Below are positions 7,326 through 15,093 of a stretch of DNA of 22,445 nucleotides, piece by piece (position 1 is the stretch's first letter; each line of letters starts with the position of its first letter). The DNA lies in NCBI GenBank assembly GCA_937910235.1, contig CALENB010000151.1:1-22445 (forward strand), read 5' to 3'. The stretch comes from an uncultured Myxococcales bacterium. Lineage in GTDB: Bacteria > Myxococcota_A > UBA9042. The position numbers were made by a program, and so were the translations under genes. The notes under the pieces were generated by a model that searched no databases, was not told the DNA's origin, and saw nothing but the letters and a program-made list of their open reading frames with translations.

Positions 7326-8676
7326 GCTCGACGCCTACCGACACAGTCTCCACCCCCGCGCCGCCCGCCAATCACTGGCTGTGGCGCTCCTGATCGGGTG
7401 CGTCGTCGCGTCGCCGCGGTGTCATGCCCAGCCCACACCGCCGCCGCCGCCGCCGCCGCTGGCGTCCACGGCGCAACCCTCGCCAGAAGAACAGCGCCTG
7501 CTGCGGGACAGCTTGCAGGCCGATCGTCGCGGCCAATCCGCCAGTGGGACGGTCCCAAACGCCGCGTCGCTCCCGGCGGGCACCGGCGGGCCGGCTGCCT
7601 ATCGAAGGCAGTCGCTCGCGACCGTCATGAACCCGAACATCTCGCTCATTCTCGATGTAGCCGCGGGCTGGTTCTCGGTCGAAAAGCCGCTGCAGGCCGG
7701 CGCGCATGACCCAAACAAGACTGGCTTTACCCTGCAACAACTCGAGCTACACCTGGACGCCGCGGTCGACCCATATTTTGAGTTGCAAGCCAACCTCGTC
7801 TTCACCGAGGAGGGCGTTGAGGTAGAGGAGGCCTATGCACGCACGCTCTCCCTGCCCGCTGCGCTGCAGCTGCGCGCCGGACAGTTCTTCACCCGGCTTG
7901 GGCGCACAAACGCGACGCATCCGCACACCTGGAACTTCGCTGACCAGCCGATCGTCAACGGTAAGATGCTGGGAGGGGATGGACTGCGCGGAGTCGGCGC
8001 CGAGCTGTCGTGGCTCAGCCCCTTGCCCTGGTATGCGGAGGTGGTCGTCAGCACGCAGATGGGCACTGGCGCCTGCTGCGCCCGCAGCTTCTGGGGCGAT
8101 CAGGCACAACCGGTGCGCACCCCGACGGACCTGATGCAGCTGGCGCGGCTTCAGCAGTTCTTTCCCCTGAACCAGGATTGGAGCGTGTCGTGGGGCTTGT
8201 CCGCCGCCACGGGACCCAACGGCTCAGGCGTCGGGACCGCGGGCCTCGCGACGTCGGACGACGTCCGCACCGATCTGTGGGCGACCGATCTCTACGTGCG
8301 CTACCGCCCGGTGGCGAACCGCGCGCGCGTCGCGTTGTCGTGGCAGACCGAGGCGATGTTGCGCCGTCGCCACGGAGGCGATCGTGTGCTTCAAGACTGG
8401 GGCGTCACCTCCGAGCTTGTGTGGCGCTACGACTTGCGGCACGCCGCTGGCATCCGTGTGGAGCACGTGACCGGCGTGGTGGACGACCCCCTGGATCCCG
8501 ACTGGACCGGGGCCCGACAGCGTCTCACGGCGCAGTGGACGCTGTTCCCCTCCCATTTTTCACGGCTGCGCTTTCAGACCAGCGTCGACCAGCCATCTTG
8601 GCGCTCAAAGCCGATAATCGCGGCGTTTGTGGCGCTTGAGGTGCTGATCGGCGCCCACGGCTCGCACGAGTTTTAG
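7315..8676 (+). CDS. outer-membrane beta-barrel protein (putative metal-uptake porin) in operon with znuACB
   Basis: The track ORF starts at 7243, but the signal-peptide-like stretch (RAARQSLAVALLIGCVVASPRCHA-QP) begins after the internal ATGs at 7315 and 7324. A poly-Pro linker follows (PTPPPPPPP), then alternating amphipathic beta-strand-like sequence. The C-terminus is ...EVLIGAHGSHEF with a terminal Phe, typical of OM beta-barrels. The downstream znuA start is 10 nt after the stop with a strong SD. Confidence 0.65.
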   Translation: MFAMLDAYRHSLHPRAARQSLAVALLIGCVVASPRCHAQPTPPPPPPPLASTAQPSPEEQRLLRDSLQADRRGQSASGTVPNAASLPAGTGGPAAYRRQSLATVMNPNISLILDVAAGWFSVEKPLQAGAHDPNKTGFTLQQLELHLDAAVDPYFELQANLVFTEEGVEVEEAYARTLSLPAALQLRAGQFFTRLGRTNATHPHTWNFADQPIVNGKMLGGDGLRGVGAELSWLSPLPWYAEVVVSTQMGTGACCARSFWGDQAQPVRTPTDLMQLARLQQFFPLNQDWSVSWGLSAATGPNGSGVGTAGLATSDDVRTDLWATDLYVRYRPVANRARVALSWQTEAMLRRRHGGDRVLQDWGVTSELVWRYDLRHAAGIRVEHVTGVVDDPLDPDWTGARQRLTAQWTLFPSHFSRLRFQTSVDQPSWRSKPIIAAFVALEVLIGAHGSHEF

Positions 8677-8685
8677 GAGGTTCAG

Positions 8686-9654
8686 ATGCGCTTCATCGGC
8701 AGCTCTCACCGACACCCAGGCCTACGGGGCGCCGTGGTTGTCGCCTTGGTCGTCGCCGGGATCGCGGCGCCGTCCGGATGGGCCGCCCCTTCGAAGATCG
8801 CGCCGGCGCTGCAGATTGTCGCGACCCTCCCCGATCTGGCGGCGCTTGTGCAGGCGGTAGGCGGCCCCCACGTTCACGTGACCGCCTTGGCCGCACCCAA
8901 CCAAGATCCCCACTACGTCGACCCTCGACCGAGCCTGATGTTGCCGCTGTCCCGCGCACATCTGCTCGTCGTCAACGGTCTGCAGCTGGAGCAAGGCTGG
9001 CTTCCGCCGCTGATCCGGGGTTCCCGCAACAGTCGCATCCAGCCGGGCACCACTGGGCACCTCGACGCGTCGTTTTTTGTGCAGAGGCTGCAGGTGTCGA
9101 CCGCCCCGCTCAGCCGCGCCATGGGGGACGTGCATCCCGGTGGCAACCCGCATTTTGTCTGTGATCCGCGCGCCAGCGCCCGCGTCGCTAAGGCGATTGG
9201 CGAACGGCTGGCCCAGTTGGACCCCGCGCACGCCGCCGCCTATCTGGCCCAGACGACGGCGTTTGTGGCGCAGCTGACGGCCATCGCCAAGGCCCAGCGG
9301 AGCCGCTTCGCCAAGCTGCCTGTGCCCAGGCGGCGTATTGTCAGCTACCACCGCTCGTTGCCCTATCTGCTCGATTGGCTGGGCCTGCAGGAGGTGGCGA
9401 CCGTCGAGCCGCGACCGGGCATCCCGCCGAGTCCGGCGCACACCGCGACCGTTCTGACCACGATGCGGCAGCTGGGCGTGACCGTGCTGGTGCAGGAGGA
9501 GTTCTACCCGCGCCGCGTCAGCCAGACATTGGCGAAGCTCGTGAAGGGCGCCGTCGTCGTGCTGCCGGGCGGAGCCCGCTTTGACCGAGGAGAGACCTAT
9601 GTCGCCCGCCTCCAGCGCACGACCGCCGCGCTCTACGCTGCCCTCGGTGGCTGA
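8686..9654 (+). CDS. znuA: metal (Zn/Mn) ABC transporter periplasmic substrate-binding protein, ZnuA/TroA family
   Basis: AGGAGG 6 nt upstream of the ATG. Signal peptide (AVVVALVVAGIAAPSGWA). Conserved cluster-9 SBP features (DPHYVDPRPSLMLPLSRAHLLVVNGLQLEQGW; HPGGNPHFVCDP). Confidence 0.9.
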   Translation: MRFIGSSHRHPGLRGAVVVALVVAGIAAPSGWAAPSKIAPALQIVATLPDLAALVQAVGGPHVHVTALAAPNQDPHYVDPRPSLMLPLSRAHLLVVNGLQLEQGWLPPLIRGSRNSRIQPGTTGHLDASFFVQRLQVSTAPLSRAMGDVHPGGNPHFVCDPRASARVAKAIGERLAQLDPAHAAAYLAQTTAFVAQLTAIAKAQRSRFAKLPVPRRRIVSYHRSLPYLLDWLGLQEVATVEPRPGIPPSPAHTATVLTTMRQLGVTVLVQEEFYPRRVSQTLAKLVKGAVVVLPGGARFDRGETYVARLQRTTAALYAALGG

Positions 9655-10396
9655 GGTCGCGCCGACGCTGGTGACGCTGGACGCGCTGCGTCCAGGCTAT
9701 GACGGACGCGCCTTGCTGCCGCCAGTGAGCCTGCGCCTCGTCGCTGGCGAGCTGTGGGCGCTGGTCGGTCGCAACGGCGGCGGAAAGACGACGCTGATGC
9801 AGACGCTCCTCGGTCTGCAGGCGCCGGTCTCTGGCGCTGTCACGCACAAAGACGGCCTGCGGATGGCCTACGTGCCGCAGCGATTACGCTATGATCTCAG
9901 TGTTCCGACGCGCGTCACCGACTTTGTGGCGGACGGGTTGGAGACCGGGTGGCGTTTTCTCAACCCCTTTCGGAGCGCCCAGCAGCGGGCCAGCGTGGCG
10001 GAGGCGCTGCGCGACACGGACCTTGAAGCCATCGCGCTGGCGCCCCTGAGCGCGCTCTCGGAGGGACAGAAACAGCGAGTGGTGATCGCCCGCGCTTTGG
10101 TCACCCAGCCGCACCTGATGGTGCTCGACGAGCCGACGAGCGCGATGGACCCCGTCAACGAGCGCCAGATCCTCGGGTTGATCGCCGGGCTCTCGCAACA
10201 GCGCGCCATTGCGGTGATGATCGCGAGCCACCACATGCGCGCCTTGCCGGACTTCGCCCAGCACGCCCTGCTCGTCGACAAAGACCTCGGCATCGCCCGC
10301 GCTGGTGGTCTGCGGGAGGTGTTTCAATCGGCTGAGTTTCGCCGCATCTACGGAGATCCGCCGCTCGGCGCGCAATCGGAGGCGCAACGTGCTTGA
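9599..10396 (+). CDS. znuC: metal ABC transporter ATP-binding protein
   Basis: Walker A GRNGGGKTTL, ABC signature LSEGQKQRVVIARAL, and Walker B LMVLDEPTSAMD. The ATG at 9599 has GGAGAG upstream but overlaps znuA by 56 nt. An alternative in-frame GTG at 9671 lies 17 nt after the znuA stop. Confidence 0.85.
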   Translation: MSPASSARPPRSTLPSVAEVAPTLVTLDALRPGYDGRALLPPVSLRLVAGELWALVGRNGGGKTTLMQTLLGLQAPVSGAVTHKDGLRMAYVPQRLRYDLSVPTRVTDFVADGLETGWRFLNPFRSAQQRASVAEALRDTDLEAIALAPLSALSEGQKQRVVIARALVTQPHLMVLDEPTSAMDPVNERQILGLIAGLSQQRAIAVMIASHHMRALPDFAQHALLVDKDLGIARAGGLREVFQSAEFRRIYGDPPLGAQSEAQRA

Positions 10397-11264
10397 GGCC
10401 GCGCCCACGCTCGACCAGTTCATGGACGGTTGGGAGCTCTTTGCCGACCCAGCGCTGACCGGCGCGGCCATGGGCATGACCCTCGGTGTCGTCGGGGTCT
10501 ACGTCGTCGTCCGCCATCTCGTCTTTCTCAGCGCCACCCTCTCGCAGGCCGCCAGCCTGGGGGTCGCGCTGTCGTTTCTCGGCCGCGGCTTGGGGCTGCC
10601 CGCGTGGCTGATCTCACCCACCCTCGGCGCCGCGGTGGTCAGCCTCGGCGCCGTCAGCCTTTTTGCCCGCCCGCTCCGACGCCCACACGCCCGCGATGAC
10701 GCCACCCTCGGCCTGCTGTACCTCGTCGGCGCCGCGGGCACCTTGGCCGTGGGGACCCGCGTTGTGCAGGATCTCGCCGACATCCAGACCCTGCTCTTCG
10801 GCACTGCGGTCGCCGTGTTGCCGGAGGATGTGCACCTCGTGTTGTGGACCTGCGCTGGCGTCCTCGCGCTCCACGCCTGGTGGTGGCGCGGCTTTGTGGC
10901 GACGAGCACCGACCTCACTGGGGCCCGCGTGCGGCAGCTGCCGGTGCGCTTGATCGACCTCACGCTCTTTGTGACGCTCGCGCTCAGCGTCTCCGTGTGT
11001 ACGCGCGTGCTCGGCGCGCTGCCGGCCTTCGCCTTCTCGGTGCTGCCCGCGCTGGGCGCGCTGCGGCTCGCCGCCAACGTGCCGCAGGCGCTGCTGTGGG
11101 CCGGCGGTCTGGGCGCGGTCATCGGCTTCTCCGGCTACCTAGTGGCCTTTCTGTGGTCCCTGCCAGTCGGCGCGAGCCAGGCGCTTGTGGGCGCCGCGCT
11201 GGTGGCGGTGACGTACGCGATTAGCCCGATTTTGCGCCGTTTCCGTCAGCGCCACCTCGGCTGA
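10389..11264 (+). CDS. znuB: metal ABC transporter permease (ABC-3 family)
   Basis: Multi-pass hydrophobic protein. GTG at 10389 overlaps the znuC stop (GTGCTTGA), a classic coupled start. The track ORF extends upstream to 10305 but that stretch is Arg-rich and non-membrane-like. Confidence 0.8.
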   Translation: MLEAAPTLDQFMDGWELFADPALTGAAMGMTLGVVGVYVVVRHLVFLSATLSQAASLGVALSFLGRGLGLPAWLISPTLGAAVVSLGAVSLFARPLRRPHARDDATLGLLYLVGAAGTLAVGTRVVQDLADIQTLLFGTAVAVLPEDVHLVLWTCAGVLALHAWWWRGFVATSTDLTGARVRQLPVRLIDLTLFVTLALSVSVCTRVLGALPAFAFSVLPALGALRLAANVPQALLWAGGLGAVIGFSGYLVAFLWSLPVGASQALVGAALVAVTYAISPILRRFRQRHLG

Positions 11265-11522
11265 AGCGCGTCGGATCGCGCCACTGCAGGGCCGCGTTCT
11301 CAGGCCAAGTTCGGCACGACCCAACGTCACCACCCGATCAGTTTTTGTCCTCGGCCACCGTCTGACGGCTATGTTCAATTCACAGTACTGCCGCAGCCAC
11401 GACGATGCGCTGGCATCCCGAGCGCTGACCGATGGAGCGGGTTCGCCGGTTTGTGGCCGAGCGATCGCCGCGATCGTGCGCGCGGTCCACACACAGCAGC
11501 CGACGGGGAGGAGCGCCGACAC

Positions 11523-12668
11523 ATGGAACGTGAGCACAAAAGAGTCGGGTCCGTTGCGCTCGTCTTGCTGGGGGTGGGCGTCGTCATCCTCGCGGCTGAT
11601 GCGGCGACGGGTCGCCAGCGCCTCGGGCTGCCTCCGGTGCCGGTGCCGGCCGACAACCAGATCACGCTCGCCAAGGTGGCGTTGGGTCAGAAGCTATTTG
11701 AGGACAAACGGTTGAGCGCCACGGGAGAGGTGTCCTGCGCGACGTGTCACGATCGTGCCAAAGCCTTTACCGATCATCGCAAGACCTCGCTCGGGATTCG
11801 CCAGCGCGCCAGCTTGCGCAACGCCCCAACGCTGATCAACGCCGCGTTCAACACGACCCAGTTCGGGGATGGCCGCTCACCGAGTCTGGAGGATCAAGCC
11901 CTCCATCCCTTTCTCAATCCGGTGGAGATGGGACTGGAGAGCCACGCCCCGGTCTTGCAGCTTGTCCGCACCGATGACGTGTACGTCGAAGCCTTCAAGG
12001 TGGCGTTTGGCAAGACCGACACAGCGATCACCATGAAGGAGGTCATTCAGGCCATCGCCACCTTCGAACGCACGCTCATCGCCGGCAACTCGGCGTTTGA
12101 TCGCTACTACTTCGGCCAGCAGAAGTCCGTGCTCACAGCCGCGCAGAAGCGGGGTCTCCGCGTCTTTCGCAACAAGGGCCGCTGCGTGTCGTGCCACGTC
12201 ATCGAGCAGACCACCGCGCTGTTCACCGACCACCAGTTCCACAACATCGGCGTCGGTATCCACAACATTCAGAACGACCTGCCGCGGTTGGTCGGCGAGT
12301 TTCTGAAGACGAAGCGGACCATGGCTGAGATCGACATCAACGTGCTCAGCGACGCCAAGACCTCGGAGCTCGGCCGCTTAGCGGTCACGCGCTCGTTTGA
12401 GGACATCGGGGCGTTCAAGACACCAACGCTCCGCAACGTCGCCTTCACCGCGCCCTACATGCACGACGGCTCCATCAAGACCCTGCGCGAGGCGGTTGTT
12501 CACCACAACAACGGCGGCGTGACGCGAAAGGGCGACAAGGTCAACGCCTACTTGAGCGGCGGCATCCGGCCGCTGGCGCTCACGAAGCAGGAGATCGACG
12601 ACTTGGTGTCGTTCATGGAGGCGCTGACGAGTCCAATGGTGACGCGGGGCGCCAAACGGGGGAACTAG
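11523..12668 (+). CDS. di-haem cytochrome c peroxidase (CcpA/MauG family)
   Basis: GGGAGG upstream of the ATG at 11523. Signal peptide. Two CxxCH motifs (CATCH, CVSCH) with the spacing and flanking motifs of bacterial di-haem CCPs (NAPTLINAAFN...QF..DGR; FKTPTLRNVAFTAPYMHDGS). The stop is 3 nt before the next start. Confidence 0.9.
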   Translation: MEREHKRVGSVALVLLGVGVVILAADAATGRQRLGLPPVPVPADNQITLAKVALGQKLFEDKRLSATGEVSCATCHDRAKAFTDHRKTSLGIRQRASLRNAPTLINAAFNTTQFGDGRSPSLEDQALHPFLNPVEMGLESHAPVLQLVRTDDVYVEAFKVAFGKTDTAITMKEVIQAIATFERTLIAGNSAFDRYYFGQQKSVLTAAQKRGLRVFRNKGRCVSCHVIEQTTALFTDHQFHNIGVGIHNIQNDLPRLVGEFLKTKRTMAEIDINVLSDAKTSELGRLAVTRSFEDIGAFKTPTLRNVAFTAPYMHDGSIKTLREAVVHHNNGGVTRKGDKVNAYLSGGIRPLALTKQEIDDLVSFMEALTSPMVTRGAKRGN

Positions 12669-12671
12669 CTC

Positions 12672-13742
12672 ATGACATCTATCAACCGGCGCAGCTTCCT
12701 GACCAGATCTGCCGCGGCGATCGCAGCTGGGGTGGTGCCGATGAGCGTCGTCAAACTCGCCTACGCCGACGCGGCGCAAGACTTCTCATTCGCGTACATC
12801 TCCGATGCGCACATTCAGCACATCAAGGGCGGTCGGTTCGTCCGCAGCTGGGATCGCGGTCTGATCCGAGCCGTGGCCGAGACCAACCTGCTCTCACCCA
12901 AACCGGACTTCGTCATGTTCGGCGGCGACTTGGCGCACCTTGGTGGCCGCGCCGAGCTCGACCACGGGGCGGAGATCCTGTCTGCGCTCGGCTACAAGAC
13001 GCGCTACGTGATGGGTGAACACGACTACTACCTCGATTTGGGTCGGTATTGGTCGACGCTGTTTGGTCCGCAGTACTACGCTTTCGACCACAAAGGCGTC
13101 CATTTCGTGGTGCTCAACAGCATCCTCACGCACGAAAAGTGGACCCTGCAGCGCTGGCCTGACGCCAAGACGCGCATGCGTCAGATGGCCGCGCTCGACA
13201 ATCCCAATGGCTCGCCATTTATGGTCGGCGCGCCACAGCGGGCGTGGCTGCAGGCCGACCTGGCGAAGGTCAACAAGGCCACGCCGGTCGTCGTCTTCTC
13301 GCACTCCCCGCTCCAGAAGCTCTACAGAGGCTGGAACTTCTGGACCGACGACGCAGACGAGGTCCAGGCGCTGCTGCAGCCGTTCGACCACGTCACCGTG
13401 ATCTACGGCCACGTGCATCAAATCCAATACAACCAGATCGGCAACATCAGCTTTCACGCGGTGATGGCGACCGCTTGGCCGTGTCCGTGCCCGTCGACGT
13501 ACGCGCAGGCCAAGCGCGCCATGCCTGTGTTGACGGTGCCGATGAACCGGGCCGATCCGTTCCATGAGCGCGACGGCACCGGCTGGCAGTTCATCGACAT
13601 GAACAGCGGCAAGGTGGCGGCGAACTACACGCTCTACAACAACCCCTCGCGGCGCGTGGTCTGGAACCCGACGACGCGTCGGCCCGAGGACGCGGACTTT
13701 CAGGATCCAACCAAACAGGTCGAGCCGCAGAAGCACTACTAG
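12672..13742 (+). CDS. Tat-exported metallophosphoesterase (calcineurin/purple-acid-phosphatase-like)
   Basis: Twin-arginine motif NRRSFLTRSAAAIAAG. Metallophosphoesterase metal-ligand motifs SDAH, GGDLAH, GEHDY, VVFSHSP and GHVH. GGGGAA SD upstream. Tightly coupled to the flanking ccp and cytochrome c genes. Confidence 0.85.
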   Translation: MTSINRRSFLTRSAAAIAAGVVPMSVVKLAYADAAQDFSFAYISDAHIQHIKGGRFVRSWDRGLIRAVAETNLLSPKPDFVMFGGDLAHLGGRAELDHGAEILSALGYKTRYVMGEHDYYLDLGRYWSTLFGPQYYAFDHKGVHFVVLNSILTHEKWTLQRWPDAKTRMRQMAALDNPNGSPFMVGAPQRAWLQADLAKVNKATPVVVFSHSPLQKLYRGWNFWTDDADEVQALLQPFDHVTVIYGHVHQIQYNQIGNISFHAVMATAWPCPCPSTYAQAKRAMPVLTVPMNRADPFHERDGTGWQFIDMNSGKVAANYTLYNNPSRRVVWNPTTRRPEDADFQDPTKQVEPQKHY

Positions 13743-13753
13743 GGGAACGCACC

Positions 13754-14167
13754 ATGAACAAGACCGACATCACGTTCGCGCTGGGCGCAGCGAGCCTCGT
13801 CGCCCTCGCCGTCGGGGCCACGGCGGACGCAGACAACTTCACCAAGCCGGACATCCGGCGTTGGACGAGCGAGTACCTGACGGTCGTGCAGCAGGGTCGC
13901 GCGTTGTGGGGGAGCCCCAAGCTGGGGACCAACGGCGTGACATGCGGGCAGTGTCACCCCAACGCCGCCAACACGCACCCGGAGACGTACCCGAAGTTCC
14001 AGAAGCAGCTCGGCAAGGTCGTGCCGTTGCGTGAGATGATCAACTGGTGCTTACGCAACCCGCTGAAGGGCAAGCCGCTCGCGTACGATGACCCGACGAT
14101 GATCGCGATTGAGGCCTACGTGACGCACGAACGACGCGGTGTGCGGTTGGCGCCAGGCAAACACTAG
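13754..14167 (+). CDS. mono-haem c-type cytochrome (periplasmic)
   Basis: Signal peptide MNKTDITFALGAASLVALAVGATADA and a single CGQCH haem-binding motif. The start lies 11 nt after the phosphoesterase stop with GGGGA upstream. Confidence 0.8.
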   Translation: MNKTDITFALGAASLVALAVGATADADNFTKPDIRRWTSEYLTVVQQGRALWGSPKLGTNGVTCGQCHPNAANTHPETYPKFQKQLGKVVPLREMINWCLRNPLKGKPLAYDDPTMIAIEAYVTHERRGVRLAPGKH

Positions 14168-14178
14168 CGCCGCGCGCC

Positions 14179-15021
14179 TCAGGGGCCGACGCAGGTGCCG
14201 CCGGCGCAGACCTTGCCGATAGCGCACAGCGAGCCATCGGGCGCGGGTTTGTGGGTGCAGCCGCCCTTGCCGTCACAGGCGTCGAATGTGCAGAGGTTCG
14301 TGTCTGCGCAGCCGATCACTGGCTTGCTGGCGCACGTTCCGGCGGCGTCACAGCTGTCGTGGCCCCACGGGTCGGTGCGAATAACGCGGATTTGTGGGCC
14401 TGCAGTTGTCTGCACTGCGCCGAGCAACGCCAGCGAGCCATCTGCCCAACGGTCGAGCGCGCGCGCCGTCGGCAACGACATGGCGGCCAAGTCGGCGTTG
14501 TGTTGCGTGTTCCAGATGGGGTTGCCCGCGCCGTCCGTCCCCATCAGGCCGAGCACGCCGACGCCGCTCACGCTGAGCTGGTTGGCCATCACGAGCCCTG
14601 TTTGCGTAGCGATCACGGAAGACCACTTGGACCCCGTCGGGCTGACCTGCTCCAGCAGCACCTTGCCGGATTCGTTGACCAGCATCGCCCACGGGATCTT
14701 GAATCCCGGCGCGTACGTGGCTTGGCCGCTCAACACGGTGCCGACCGAGGCCAGCGCTGCGCCGAGCACGGTGACGGGGTACTTCGCCTTGACGATGACG
14801 TTCGCCAGGACCAGGCCGCCCGCGCTCAGCAAGGCGACACGCACGGTCTTCTCGTTCGCCACGAGTGACGCCGCGATCAGCACGTGGCCGCTCCCGTTGG
14901 TGCTGAGGCGCGCGTTGCCCTGTATCGCGCCGGTCGCGCCGAGCGCAGCCGTCGGCCAGACCGCGGCGCCGTCGCCGTTGATGCGCTGCACACGCAACGC
15001 CGTGTCAAACCACGCGACCAC
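14179..15021 (-). CDS. C-terminal segment of the Cys-rich repeat protein (second beta-rich module plus DPWGHDSC Cys-knot tail)
   Basis: Same frame as the upstream piece. It begins at a GTG 24 codons after the TGA at 15094-15096 and ends RTDPWGHDSCDAAGTCASKPVIGCADTNLCTFDACDGKGGCTHKPAPDGSLCAIGKVCAGGTCVGP, paralleling the RADPWGRDSC... module upstream. Confidence 0.5.
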   Translation of the reverse strand: MVAWFDTALRVQRINGDGAAVWPTAALGATGAIQGNARLSTNGSGHVLIAASLVANEKTVRVALLSAGGLVLANVIVKAKYPVTVLGAALASVGTVLSGQATYAPGFKIPWAMLVNESGKVLLEQVSPTGSKWSSVIATQTGLVMANQLSVSGVGVLGLMGTDGAGNPIWNTQHNADLAAMSLPTARALDRWADGSLALLGAVQTTAGPQIRVIRTDPWGHDSCDAAGTCASKPVIGCADTNLCTFDACDGKGGCTHKPAPDGSLCAIGKVCAGGTCVGP

Positions 15022-15093
15022 CGCGTCACCGCCAGTCGCGGCGCCGATGGCGTCATGGCCCCAGGTCTTCTGCTTCGGATCGGCGTCCCAACT

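Noticed and set aside
11265-11522. Possible terminator or small ORF (11371..11715 +) between znuB and ccp
   Set aside because: A T-run (cagtttttg) is present but has no preceding GC-rich hairpin. The 114-aa ORF is Arg/Ser-rich and overlaps the real ccp start with SD. Treated as plain intergenic promoter region.
12894-13736. 280-aa minus-strand ORF opposite the Tat metallophosphoesterase
   Set aside because: Arg/Val-rich with no motifs. The + frame has a Tat signal and the full metallophosphoesterase motif set.
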